64,000 nucleotides of DNA from an uncultured Opitutia bacterium (lineage in GTDB: Bacteria; Verrucomicrobiota; Verrucomicrobiia; Opitutales; Opitutaceae): assembly GCA_937952235.1 (NCBI GenBank), contig CALFZM010000082.1, positions 4,312-68,311 on the forward strand, in the 5' to 3' direction. The position numbers were made by a program, and so were the translations under genes. Shown one piece after another: positions 46,812 to 56,785 of the stretch (the first letter of the stretch is position 1; each line of letters starts with the position of its first letter). The notes beneath the pieces are model-generated. The model searched no databases. It had not been told where the DNA came from and worked only from the letters and a program-made list of their open reading frames with translations.

Positions 46812-47462
46812 GTGCCCGCGCAGCAGCTGCAGACGGATGCCTTCGTGCTGGCCCGCCGGCCGCCCGCGGATTCGTATCAGACCCTCACCGTGTTCTCCGC
46901 CGCGCACGGCGGGCTGCTCGCGCTCCAGCGTATCCGCAAGTCGGCGACCGCCGGAGCCGGGCCGCTCGACCTTTTCGACGAGGCGGCGCTGCAGCTGGAA
47001 TCGTCCAACCAGGGCCGCACCTGGTTCATCCGTGAGGCGCGGCTGCTCGCGCGCCCGGCCGGCATCGGCCGCAGCTACGAGGCGCTGCGGCTGGCCTCGG
47101 CGCTCGCCGCGCTGGTCGCCCGGCACCCGGTCGACGAAGCGAGCCGCCCGGCGGTGGCGGACCTGCTCCGGACGGCCTTCGCGGCCTTCGCGGCCGACCC
47201 GCGGCCCGATATCGTCTTTTTCAAGAGCCTCTATCGCTTCGCGCGCGACGAGGGCCATCCGCTGCGCGAACACTGGTTTCCCACCCTGCCGGCCGCGGAC
47301 CGCAGCGACGTCGCCACGCTGGTCAACCAGCCGCTCGCCGGGCAGACGGCCGATGCGGCGACGGTCGCGCGGTTGCAGCGCCGGCTCGAGGACTATCTCC
47401 GCGGACACACCGAAATCCTCGTCGACGCCGCGCCGCCCGAGCGCCCGGAGGCTTCCGCTTGA
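46812..47462 (+). CDS. recO: DNA repair protein RecO-like
   Basis: N-terminal OB-fold-like AFVLARRP..TLTVFS..GLL..LDLF, followed by a helical domain; no Zn-finger cysteines seen. Confidence 0.7.
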   Translation: MPAQQLQTDAFVLARRPPADSYQTLTVFSAAHGGLLALQRIRKSATAGAGPLDLFDEAALQLESSNQGRTWFIREARLLARPAGIGRSYEALRLASALAALVARHPVDEASRPAVADLLRTAFAAFAADPRPDIVFFKSLYRFARDEGHPLREHWFPTLPAADRSDVATLVNQPLAGQTADAATVARLQRRLEDYLRGHTEILVDAAPPERPEASA

Positions 47463-50116
47463 TCTTCGACCTCGACCAGCGCACGGCCGCCCTCAGCGTC
47501 GGCGAATTCTCCGACTTCGCCGTCGGGCCGCGCGGCGGCGGCGACGGCGGCGCGGCGGGGCTCTGGCGCGCCCAGCTCGGCACCCACTGGCACCAGGAGC
47601 TGCGCACGCGGACCGCCGCCATCGACGCCGCGGCGGAGTTCGAGGTGCCGGTTGCCGGCCGCATCGTGCACCGCGGGTGGACGCTCACGCTGACCGGCCG
47701 CATCGACCAGCTCCAGCGGGACGGCGGCGGCCGGCTCACGCTCCGTGAGATCAAGACCGTGCTGCGCCCGCTGCCGGCCGACGAGGCCGAGCTGCGCGCC
47801 GCCCACCCCGCGTACTTCATCCAGCTCGCGTGCTACGCCGCGCTCGCCCGGCTCGGCGCCCTCGCGCTCGCGCCGGCGCGCGACGGGATCCGGCCGGAAC
47901 TCGTGTTCGTCGAGACCGCCAGCGGCCTCGTCCAGACGATCGTGCTGACGCCGGCGGACGAAGGCCTCTTCCACGCGCAGCTCGAGCGTTGTGCCGAATT
48001 CCTGGACCTGCGGCGGCGCGCGCGCGAACGCCTGCGCGGGCTCCGCTACCGGCCGGCGTTCGCCACCCCGCGCCCGGGACAGGAAACGACCCAGGCCGCC
48101 CTCGCCGAGCTCTTCCGCACGCGCCCGCTGACCCTCTTCGAGGCGCCGACCGGCTTCGGCAAGACCGGCACCCTGCTGGAGTTCGGCCTCGGCCAGCTCC
48201 GGTCGGGGCATTTCGACCGCCTGCTCTCCCTCACGAGCAAGGCCACCGGACAGCTCCAGGTCGTGCGCACCCTGCAGGCCATGACGGCGCCGGTCGCCGG
48301 CGAAACGGCCGTCGGTACCACGCCCGTCGCGGCCTGGCACGTGCGCAACAAGTCCGAGCACTGCGTGAACACCGTGTTCCACTGCGTGCGCGACCGCTGC
48401 CTCTATCTGGACGGCATCGCGGAACGCTGGGAACGGAGCGGGCTCGCCCGATTCTATCTCGACGAGCGCCACGCGCGCGACCTCGACACGCTGCGGGCCG
48501 CCGGGCGTGACGCGCGCATCTGTCCCTACGAAATCACGCGGACCGCGCTCGCGTTCAACGACGTCTGGATCGGCGACTACAACTACGTCTTCGCCCCGCG
48601 CAACCGCGGCCTCTTCTTCGAGCAGCCCGGCTTCGTGGCTGCGCGCACGCTGCTCCTCGTCGACGAGGCGCACAACCTGCCTGCGCGGGTCGCCGACGCC
48701 TACTCGCATGCGTTCTCCGCCGACGCCACCGAGGACGTGCGCGCCGAACTTTTCCGCGTGCGCCCGCCCGCCGGGCTCAGCCAGGCGTGGGACCACTGGT
48801 GTCACTTCCTGCGCCAGCTCCGCGCGAGCGAAGGGCTCGGCGCCGCCGACGAGGATGACGCCCGCCACCTGCTCGGGGAAGTGGCGAAGCACCTGCGCAC
48901 GACGCCCCTCGATCTCGGCGAACTCGGCCCGCACGTCGCCGACGCGCTCTGGTCGGTGCCGGCGCTCGTCGACGAGCTCGCGGCCACGTCGCTGCCGCGG
49001 CTCTGGTGGAGCCCGCGCGACCGCGAGCTCGAGCTGACGTGCCTCGACGCCGCCGGCGCGATCGGCCCCGCCCTGCGCGATTTCGGGGGCGTCGTGCTGG
49101 CAAGCGCCACGCTCACGCCCGTCGATGGGTTTTGCGCCGCCTGTGGCCTGGACGGGATGGCCGACACGACGCCGCCTGCCGGCGAGACCGGCCGGGTGGC
49201 CGACGTACCCGCGCCGGAGAAACTCGGCACGCTCTCCAGGCGCGACACGAAGAAACTCTTCCGCCAGCTCACGAGCGGCGCCGAGCTCCTTCGGCTCGAG
49301 GAGGCGCGCGACGCGGCCAGTCCCGCGCTGCTGCGCGCGCACACGCCCTGGCGCGACGGCGCCTACGACGTGCTGTACGACGCGCGCGTCGACACCACGT
49401 TCCAGCAGCGCACCCAGCACCATGCCACGACCGCCGCGACGATGGTCGCGATGCACAAGGCCGCGGCGCTGGCCGCCCCGCGGGGGGCGGGACTCGCGGT
49501 GGTGGCCGTCTTCTTCCCGAGCTATGCCTACGCGGAGGCGATCGCAGCCGAACTCGGACGCCAGGGTGCCGCGTTGCGTGTCGCCTTGCAGCCGCGTCAG
49601 CGCGACCTGGCGGCCCAGGCGGCCTGGGTCGAGGAGTCGCTGCTGCTCTCCGACGCCCTGTTCCTGGTGCTCGGCTCCAGTTTCGCCGAGAGCATCGACT
49701 CTCTCGGCGGCCGCGTCACCCACGCCGTCGTGGTGGGCCCCGCCCTGCCGGAGGTGAACCCCGTGCAGCGCGCCCGGCTGGCGGAGGCGGGCCGCGCCGG
49801 GCTCGCCCGCGACGCGGCGTTCCGCCGCGTCTATCAGATCCCGGGCATGAACAAAGTGAACCAGGCGCTGGGCCGGCTCGTGCGCGCCCCCGGGCAACGC
49901 GCGCGCGTCGTGCTGCACTGCCGCCGGTTTCTCGAGCCGTCGTATGCGGCGCTGCTGGAACCCGAGTACCAGGGCGGCACCCGCTGCGCCGACGCGGGCA
50001 CGTTCACGGCGTGGGTGGAAGGCGCCCCCGACACGACCATGGCCCGCGCCGATCCGCGCGGCGCGCCGCCGTCCTCCGGAACGAACGACCCATGGAACTT
50101 TCGCGCCATGCGGTGA
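47459..50116 (+). CDS. PD-(D/E)xK nuclease fused to DinG/XPD-family FeS helicase
   Basis: N-terminal GRID..EIKT..YFIQLACY; EAPTGFGKT; Cys cluster (HC..HC..RC..ICPYE); GDYNYVF; VDEAHNL; NQALGRLVR; TTGA overlap with recO. Confidence 0.88.
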   Translation: MIFDLDQRTAALSVGEFSDFAVGPRGGGDGGAAGLWRAQLGTHWHQELRTRTAAIDAAAEFEVPVAGRIVHRGWTLTLTGRIDQLQRDGGGRLTLREIKTVLRPLPADEAELRAAHPAYFIQLACYAALARLGALALAPARDGIRPELVFVETASGLVQTIVLTPADEGLFHAQLERCAEFLDLRRRARERLRGLRYRPAFATPRPGQETTQAALAELFRTRPLTLFEAPTGFGKTGTLLEFGLGQLRSGHFDRLLSLTSKATGQLQVVRTLQAMTAPVAGETAVGTTPVAAWHVRNKSEHCVNTVFHCVRDRCLYLDGIAERWERSGLARFYLDERHARDLDTLRAAGRDARICPYEITRTALAFNDVWIGDYNYVFAPRNRGLFFEQPGFVAARTLLLVDEAHNLPARVADAYSHAFSADATEDVRAELFRVRPPAGLSQAWDHWCHFLRQLRASEGLGAADEDDARHLLGEVAKHLRTTPLDLGELGPHVADALWSVPALVDELAATSLPRLWWSPRDRELELTCLDAAGAIGPALRDFGGVVLASATLTPVDGFCAACGLDGMADTTPPAGETGRVADVPAPEKLGTLSRRDTKKLFRQLTSGAELLRLEEARDAASPALLRAHTPWRDGAYDVLYDARVDTTFQQRTQHHATTAATMVAMHKAAALAAPRGAGLAVVAVFFPSYAYAEAIAAELGRQGAALRVALQPRQRDLAAQAAWVEESLLLSDALFLVLGSSFAESIDSLGGRVTHAVVVGPALPEVNPVQRARLAEAGRAGLARDAAFRRVYQIPGMNKVNQALGRLVRAPGQRARVVLHCRRFLEPSYAALLEPEYQGGTRCADAGTFTAWVEGAPDTTMARADPRGAPPSSGTNDPWNFRAMR

Positions 50117-50156
50117 AAGCTGGCGGAAGGCGCGGCCGCCGGCCAACGTCGCGGCG

Positions 50157-51011
50157 ATGAACCGCCGTTCCTTCCTGCAGGCCAGCAGCCTGGCCCTCGG
50201 AGCGAGTCTCCTCGCGTCACCCCGCCCCGCCCACGCCGGAGAGTTCACCGGCAAGATCCGCAAATCGCTCAAATGGGGCATGGCCGCCAATGCCGCCAAG
50301 GGCCTGCCGCTGGTGGAGGCGTTCCGCAAATTGCGCGCCTGCGGCTACGAGGGCGTCGAGCCCCATGTCTCGCAGGTGAAGGACGCCGCGGAATGGTCGG
50401 CCGCCAGCCAGGCGAGCGGCCTGATCATTGACGGCACCGTCGGCGGCCGGCCCGGCGCACTCGAAAGCGGGATCGATCTCACGAAGAAACTCGGCGGCGA
50501 CTCGATGCTCGTGGTCGTGCCTTACGACATCAAGAGCCCCCTCGTCCCGCAGTGGCACACCGCCCGCGACCAACTCAAGGCCGCCGCGCCCTACGCCGAG
50601 AAGCAGAAGATCAAGCTGCTGATCGAGAACGTGTGGGCGACGTTCCTCATCAGCCCCTTCGACATGGCCCGCTTCATCGACGAAGTGGGCAGCCCGTGGG
50701 TGCAGGTGCACTTCGACATCGGCAACATGATGCGCTGGGGCGTCGCCGAACACTGGGCCGCGGTGCTGGGCAAGCGTTCCCAGAAACTGGACGTCAAGGA
50801 ATACGACCTGAAGAAGGCGATGGAGGAAGGCATGAGCAAGGGCTTCAATGTCCCCCTCGGCGAGGGCAGCATCAACTGGCCCGCCGTGCGCGCCGAACTC
50901 GCCAAGATCGGCTTCACTGGCTGGGCTGCCGCGGAGGTGCGCGGCGGCGACTGGACCTACCTCGCGGACGTCGCCCGGCGCATGGACAAGGTCCTGGACC
51001 TCGCGCCGTAG
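50157..51011 (+). CDS. Tat-exported sugar phosphate isomerase/epimerase (xylose-isomerase-like TIM barrel)
   Basis: MNRRSFLQ Tat motif; IENVW, HFDIGN, DVKEY, LGEGSINWP, AAEV. Confidence 0.88.
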   Translation: MNRRSFLQASSLALGASLLASPRPAHAGEFTGKIRKSLKWGMAANAAKGLPLVEAFRKLRACGYEGVEPHVSQVKDAAEWSAASQASGLIIDGTVGGRPGALESGIDLTKKLGGDSMLVVVPYDIKSPLVPQWHTARDQLKAAAPYAEKQKIKLLIENVWATFLISPFDMARFIDEVGSPWVQVHFDIGNMMRWGVAEHWAAVLGKRSQKLDVKEYDLKKAMEEGMSKGFNVPLGEGSINWPAVRAELAKIGFTGWAAAEVRGGDWTYLADVARRMDKVLDLAP

Positions 51012-51133
51012 GCTGCGCGGCGCGAGCCATCGACGGCGGAACGCGCCCGCGCTCCCCGCGCCTCCCGCTCGCGGCGGATACGGTGGTCCAAGCGGCGCCG
51101 TGGTCGCGCTGTGCTCCGTCGCAGCTCAGGCAG

Positions 51134-51223
51134 AATGATGCCGTTGCGGTGGAGCCGCCTGTCCCCGGGCGGCTGACGTCTGGTGGACCAGTCCGCAGCA
51201 GCTTGAGGACTAGCCGCTCCACC
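51134..51223. repeat. REP doublet, family A copy 6 (opposite orientation)
   Basis: GGTGGAGCCGCCTGTCCCCGGGCGGCTG ... AGCCGCTCCACC. Confidence 0.88.
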
Positions 51224-51304
51224 CTTCAGTGCGGCGGTTCTCACGGCTGATTTGAAGGCCAACGGCATGAGTCCGCATAGGCTCAGACGCCGGCCGCACC
51301 GCCC

Positions 51305-52366
51305 CTACCGCGCCGCCACGCCCACCCGCGCCAGGTAAATCGCCGCCTTGCCCTCGTGGCTCGAATAGTAGGCGACCCAGAGCGCGCCTTCGTGCCAGGC
51401 CAGGCCGGGGTAGCTGCAGTCGCCACCGCTCGGCAGGGTGAGCACCGGCGTGGTGCGCGCGGCCGCATCGAGCCGGGCCAGCAGCATCGCCTCGCCCGGC
51501 TTCGCGCCCGACGCGGGCGCATAGTCGCGCGTGCCGAGCAGCCAGCCGCCATCGGGCACCGCGATCAGGTTTGGTCCGCCAAAGCGGCGGTCGCTCGGCT
51601 GCCACTGCCAGTCCGTGTACGGCGGATCCGACCGGCCCCACCAGCCCATCCGGTCGCCGCCTTCCCGCCGCACGATGGCCACCATCCGGCCCGAGGCTTC
51701 GAAGCGGAGCGTGCATTCGCTGGGCCGGCCCGGCACCGCGAGCTGCCGGACGCGTTCCCACGCCAGCCCGTCGCGGCTCCGGTAAAGGACGAGCGGGCGC
51801 TCGCCGGTGGGACCGTCCGGCGACTCGGCAAACGCCGCGCCGTAGGCGACGCCGTCGTGCCACGTCACGCGCCAGAGCCACTCGCCTTCGGCGAGCACCG
51901 CGCGAGGGGCGCTCCACGCCGCGCCGTCGGTGGAAAACATCACGCGGGGACGCCGGCCCTTGAGCTGCTTCGTTCCCCGGTACACGGAACCGCCCGCCAC
52001 GATCATGAGCCGGCCGTCGGGCATGACGGAGAGCCGGGGGTCCCGCAGATCGATCCCAGGTTCGCTGAGGCGGGCCGCGGCCGTCCAGGTGCGACCGTCG
52101 CTCGACGTGAGCACGCGCACGACGCCGTCGGCTCCGCCGACATGCGCGTCGCCCTCCCGCAACGCGCACCACCAGCGGTCGCGCCATCGGAGCAGGTCGG
52201 GAAAGGCGTTGTGCGGCGCCTGATCCCAAATCCGTCGGACTTCGAGGAGTGTCGCCTGCGGCGCGGCGGGCGTGGCCGGCGCGAGGGGAAGCAGCGCGCA
52301 GGCCGCCCCGAACACGGGGCCGACCTGCCGCCAGAGCAAGCGAAGCGGCCTCACTGCAGCAGCCAC
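51305..52366 (-). CDS. Secreted BNR/Asp-box beta-propeller (sialidase-like) protein
   Basis: Signal peptide; HNAFPDL; Asp boxes SSDGRTW, STDGAAW, SRDGLAW; GDCSYPG. Confidence 0.8.
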   Translation of the reverse strand: MAAAVRPLRLLWRQVGPVFGAACALLPLAPATPAAPQATLLEVRRIWDQAPHNAFPDLLRWRDRWWCALREGDAHVGGADGVVRVLTSSDGRTWTAAARLSEPGIDLRDPRLSVMPDGRLMIVAGGSVYRGTKQLKGRRPRVMFSTDGAAWSAPRAVLAEGEWLWRVTWHDGVAYGAAFAESPDGPTGERPLVLYRSRDGLAWERVRQLAVPGRPSECTLRFEASGRMVAIVRREGGDRMGWWGRSDPPYTDWQWQPSDRRFGGPNLIAVPDGGWLLGTRDYAPASGAKPGEAMLLARLDAAARTTPVLTLPSGGDCSYPGLAWHEGALWVAYYSSHEGKAAIYLARVGVAAR

Positions 52367-54540
52367 GCCGCGGCGTCGAGCGGGTTGGCCGCGCCGACCG
52401 CGATCGTGAGCTTCGAACCCTGGCCGGCAGCCCGGTACGCGTCGGCCACGAGCCCGGGAGAACTCGTTTCGCCCGCCACCCAGAGCGGATGCGGCGCGCT
52501 GAGCGCCAGCAGGCCGGGGACATCAAGGTACTTCGAGCCGCCGGGGAGAAAACCCGGATCGCGCAGGTCAAGCAACTGCCCGAAGCGGAAGCCGGCGGTA
52601 TCAATCGCGGCCCGCTCGATCTCCGCCCCGAGGAGGCTGCGCGCGGCGGCGACGATCGGGCCCGCGCCACGCCAGCCCGCCACGGCGACCGACTTGACGG
52701 CGCTCGGCAGCTCGCCCCGGCCCGCACGCAGGAGCGCAACCAGCGTCATGACGTCGTGCGCCCGCTGCGCGAACACCGCGTGATTGTAGCCGTGCGTGTA
52801 GCCGGCGAACTCCCGCGGGTTGCCCACCACGCGCGTCTGCCGCAGCGGCTGCCCGCCGGCCATGAACTCGCCCTGGTAAAGCAGGTCCGCGCCGATGACC
52901 GTCACGCCGGCATCGAGCAGCCGCTGCACCGCCGGCACGACGGAGCCGTCGGCGGTGAACAGCGCCGACTTGCCCGCTTCGTCGAGCCACACGACCGACC
53001 GCCCGTTCGCCTGTTTCGGCACCAGCCAGACCGCGGGGAGCTCCTCGCGGTGGGTGCGGTTGCGCACGAGTCCTGCCACCTCGACATGCGCGCCGCGCTC
53101 CCGGCGCTCGACCGTCTGCCAGCCGGCTTCGCCGGCGGTGGCGCGGTTGCGGCCGATCACGACCTCGACGCCGCCGCCGACCATGGCGCGGAACTTCTCC
53201 GGCGAGGACACCGCGGCCCGCATCTGTTTCTCCGCGTCACCGGCCCACCATTGCAGCAACGCGCGCTCGAAAGCCGGATCCTCGGCCTTCGGCGCCGGGT
53301 GCTGCGCGTCCCAGACGGTGAGCTGCTCCGGCGTGAGCACGCGGTAGTCGCGCTCGATCACCGGCTCCGGGAAGCCCAGCTTGAAGTGGCGGTTCATCCA
53401 GGTGAAGAACGCGGAGCGCGACACGGCGTTGTAATTGTGCGGGAAGTGCTCGCCGCGGTGCAGCATCACGTGGTCGGGCGCGCCGAGCATCGCGTAGTGC
53501 TGCTTCAGCTCCGGGAAGCCCTTGGTCGACATCTCCCGCGTCCAGTCGTTGGCCGTCGTCATGCCCTGCGGCTTCGGCGCGAAGAGCGCGGCAAACTCGA
53601 TGTTGCCCGTGTTCACGCGCAGCAGGCTGGCGTTCTCGCAGGTGCACCCACCCTGCATCGCCGTGCTCACCATCACGGCGGGGAAGGAAAGCGTCACGCG
53701 CGGATCGACCGCGGCGAGCAGCATCGTCTGCGTGCCGCCGCCGCTGGCGCCCGTGATGGCGACCCGGGCCGGGTCCACCTCGGGCAGGCCGAGCACGAAG
53801 TCGAGCGAGCGGATCGCGTTCCAGGTCTGCAGGCCCATGATGTTCTGCAGGTGCGACTCCGCCTGGGTGCTGTAGAGGCCCCAGTCCCGCACCGTGTTGG
53901 CCTCGGGCCGCTGCCGCGCGAAACGATGCACGAGCATCCGCGAAAGCTGCTTCGAGTCGGAGTCGCTCAACATGTCCCACTGCCACACCACGCAGCCCAT
54001 CCGCGCCGCCTGCACGCAGAGCGACTGGAACCGGCTCTGGCCGCCCTCCTCGAACCGCTCCTGGCCCGTCGCGATCTCCTGCCGCAGCCGTTGCGGCGCC
54101 TCCAGCGACAGGCGCGCGTTCTGCCAGTGGCCGTGCGCGAAGAGCACGACGGGGACCTTGCCCCGCGGCTGGCGCGGCCGGTACAGGTTGCCCGTGACGA
54201 AGAAGCCCGGCGCGCTTTCGAAATACACCTTCTCCACCGTGTACTCGTCGAACTCCCGCCGCCCGTGGATCACGGCGTTGAGCGGTCCGCGCGTCGGCAT
54301 CGGCCAGAGTCCTTGGGAAACCAGGATCTGGCGGCGGACGTACTCCGCGCGCTTTTCCCACTCGGCCTTCGAGGCGGCCGGCGTGAAGGGGAAATAGCCG
54401 TCGAGATCTTTCAACGGCCGCAGCCGGGAGTCGGCGGGCTGGATGCCTTCGGGCAGCGCCCGCGGACCCCCGGCCAGCGCGGAACCGGAGGCAACGATGA
54501 GGAGGGCGGCGAGCAACAGGACGGGAGAGGATCGGCTCAT
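52351..54540 (-). CDS. Secreted alpha/beta hydrolase (acetylxylan-esterase-like) with a second, degenerate hydrolase module
   Basis: Signal peptide; VTGNLYRP, HGHW, nucleophile elbow GASGGGTQT, GGCTCEN, HFPHNY. Confidence 0.82.
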   Translation of the reverse strand: MSRSSPVLLLAALLIVASGSALAGGPRALPEGIQPADSRLRPLKDLDGYFPFTPAASKAEWEKRAEYVRRQILVSQGLWPMPTRGPLNAVIHGRREFDEYTVEKVYFESAPGFFVTGNLYRPRQPRGKVPVVLFAHGHWQNARLSLEAPQRLRQEIATGQERFEEGGQSRFQSLCVQAARMGCVVWQWDMLSDSDSKQLSRMLVHRFARQRPEANTVRDWGLYSTQAESHLQNIMGLQTWNAIRSLDFVLGLPEVDPARVAITGASGGGTQTMLLAAVDPRVTLSFPAVMVSTAMQGGCTCENASLLRVNTGNIEFAALFAPKPQGMTTANDWTREMSTKGFPELKQHYAMLGAPDHVMLHRGEHFPHNYNAVSRSAFFTWMNRHFKLGFPEPVIERDYRVLTPEQLTVWDAQHPAPKAEDPAFERALLQWWAGDAEKQMRAAVSSPEKFRAMVGGGVEVVIGRNRATAGEAGWQTVERRERGAHVEVAGLVRNRTHREELPAVWLVPKQANGRSVVWLDEAGKSALFTADGSVVPAVQRLLDAGVTVIGADLLYQGEFMAGGQPLRQTRVVGNPREFAGYTHGYNHAVFAQRAHDVMTLVALLRAGRGELPSAVKSVAVAGWRGAGPIVAAARSLLGAEIERAAIDTAGFRFGQLLDLRDPGFLPGGSKYLDVPGLLALSAPHPLWVAGETSSPGLVADAYRAAGQGSKLTIAVGAANPLDAAAWLLQ

Positions 54541-54772
54541 GGGATACGGGGCGCGAAGCGGTGGATCCGGGACGGATTGTCCGCCCGGGACCCGCGCAGT
54601 GTGCGGACACGCCGCGCACCGGGTCAATGCGTCCGCCGCAAAATCGCGCCCGCGCGAAACGCCCATCCATTCGGATGTCAATGCCGCGGGATTCCGTAAT
54701 TTCCGGTCGGTGCCACGCCCGAAAATCGTCGAGTTGACGCGGGCGGATTTCAGCATCGCCCCGCCCTCCTGC

Positions 54773-56785
54773 GTGAACCCCTGCCTCCCCGCCCGCGGTC
54801 CCCTGTGTCGCCCCCGCCTGCTCGTCGCCGCCCTGTTCCTGGGCTGGGCCGCGATCTCCGATCCGGCGCGCGCCGACGACACCCTGACCGAGGACGAGCG
54901 GCGCCGCGGCTTCCGCGATCGCACCCTGCTCGCCCTGCCCCGGGCCGGCGCGACCGGCCTGGCAGCCGCCGAGCTCGCGGCCGGCGCCCGGCTCCGGCGC
55001 GACCATCCGCGGCTCGGCGGTATCCGGGTCCTGGAGACGGACGGCAAGGCGGACGTCACCGCGGTGATCGCGCGGCTCACGGGCCACTACACGTTCGTCG
55101 AGCCCGACTTCGTGCGGCACAGCCATGCCCGGCCCGACGACCCGCGGTTCGGCGGCGACCAGTGGTCGCTGGACAACACCGGCCAGGCGGGAGGCCGGAC
55201 CGGCGCGGACATCCGCGCCACGGACGCCTGGGAACTGCAGCGCGAGGCGCCCGATGTGATCGTCGCGGTGCTGGATACCGGCGCAATGACGCTGCACGAG
55301 GACCTGGCGGCCAACCTCTGGGTCAACGTCGCGGAGCGCGACGGGCTGCCCGGCGTGGACGACGATGGCAACGGCTACATCGATGACCGCCACGGCATCG
55401 ACACCACGGTCGCGCGCTCGACCGCGGCCGCCGGGGATCCCTCCGATCGGCAGGGCCACGGCTCGCACGTCGCCGGCATCATCGGGGCGGTCGGCAACAA
55501 CGGCCGCGGCATCGCGGGCGTGGCCTGGAAGGTGCAGTTGATGCCGTTGAAGTTCATCGGCCGCAACGGCACCGGCTCCGCCTCCAACGCGATCCTCTGC
55601 ATCGACTACGCCATCGCCAAGGGCGCGAAGATCATCAACGGCAGCTACGGTTCGTTCTCGTATTCGCAGGCCGAATTCGAGGCGATCCGCCGCGCGCGCG
55701 ACGCGGGCATCGTGTTCGTCGCATCGGCCGGCAACGACAGCCAGGAGATCAGCGTCCTGCCCGAGTATCCGGCGGCCTACCCGCTGGACAACATCATCGC
55801 GGTCGCCTCGACCACGCGGCAGGACCAGATCGCGGGCTACTCCACCTACGGATCCGGCCTCGTCGAGCTCGCCGCGCCCGGGTCCTCGATCCTCTCCCTC
55901 GGCATCGCCACGTCGGCCACCTACGTCGTGCAAAGCGGCACCTCGATGGCGGCGCCCCATGTCGCCGGCGCGATCGCGCTCCTGCGGCAGCGTCATCCCC
56001 AGGAGTCCTATCGCGCGCTCATCAACCGCGTGCTGTCTTCCGTCGATCCCGTGCCCGCGCTGGACGGCCGGGTGCACACCGGCGGCCGGCTGAATCTGCT
56101 GCGCGCGCTGCAGGCGCCGGACGGCCGCCCCTTCAACCCGCCGCACTCCGCTGCGCGGCAGCGCGACCACGCTCCGGGCCTCCACCCAGTACGCCACCCG
56201 CGAGCCCGGCGAGCCCGACCACGGCGTGCCGGCCGGCACCGGGTCGCTCTGGTGGAGCTGGACACCGCCCGAGGGCTCCGGCCGCGTCACCATCGACACC
56301 ACGGGCAGTGCCGTCGACACGCTGCTGGCCGTCTACCGCCTCGACGCCACCGCGACGCTGGAGCGCGCCACGCGCGTCGCCTTCAACGACGACACCGCGG
56401 GCACGGCCAGCCGGGTCAGCTTCGACGCCGAGCCGGGCGCGACCTACGCCATCGCCGTCGCCGGCAAGGGCGACACGGGCGGCTACGTGCAGGCCGCGTT
56501 CGTCGCCGTGCCGCTCAACGACGCCTTCGCCCAGGCGCGCGTGCTGCAGGGCTCCGCCGTCGTGCTGCCGGCCAACAACGGCAACGCCACGCTCGAGGAC
56601 GGCGAGACCCGCTCCCGCAACGCCGCCGGCCGCGTCGTCGGCTCCGGACGCACGCTGTGGTACCGCTGGGTCGCACCGGCCACGCGCCCCTACCAGATCG
56701 GCGCCGACAGCCTGACGATGGACCCGGTCGCCGCGATCTACACGGGCGGCACGCTGTCCGCGCTGGCGCAGGTGGGCTTCGATGA
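54773..56785 (+). CDS. S8 subtilase, N-terminal part of a frameshifted gene (credible coding ends ~56137)
   Basis: Catalytic D (VAVLDTG), H (HGSHVAG), oxyanion N (SAGND), S (GTSMAAPHVAG); after ...DGRPFN the frame turns into Arg-rich out-of-frame text. Confidence 0.8.
   Translation: MNPCLPARGPLCRPRLLVAALFLGWAAISDPARADDTLTEDERRRGFRDRTLLALPRAGATGLAAAELAAGARLRRDHPRLGGIRVLETDGKADVTAVIARLTGHYTFVEPDFVRHSHARPDDPRFGGDQWSLDNTGQAGGRTGADIRATDAWELQREAPDVIVAVLDTGAMTLHEDLAANLWVNVAERDGLPGVDDDGNGYIDDRHGIDTTVARSTAAAGDPSDRQGHGSHVAGIIGAVGNNGRGIAGVAWKVQLMPLKFIGRNGTGSASNAILCIDYAIAKGAKIINGSYGSFSYSQAEFEAIRRARDAGIVFVASAGNDSQEISVLPEYPAAYPLDNIIAVASTTRQDQIAGYSTYGSGLVELAAPGSSILSLGIATSATYVVQSGTSMAAPHVAGAIALLRQRHPQESYRALINRVLSSVDPVPALDGRVHTGGRLNLLRALQAPDGRPFNPPHSAARQRDHAPGLHPVRHPRARRARPRRAGRHRVALVELDTARGLRPRHHRHHGQCRRHAAGRLPPRRHRDAGARHARRLQRRHRGHGQPGQLRRRAGRDLRHRRRRQGRHGRLRAGRVRRRAAQRRLRPGARAAGLRRRAAGQQRQRHARGRRDPLPQRRRPRRRLRTHAVVPLGRTGHAPLPDRRRQPDDGPGRRDLHGRHAVRAGAGGLR

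Noticed and set aside
47459-50116. Cas4-like plus DinG read as a type IV CRISPR component
   Set aside because: No array, no Cas5/6/7-like genes; context is recO and housekeeping genes
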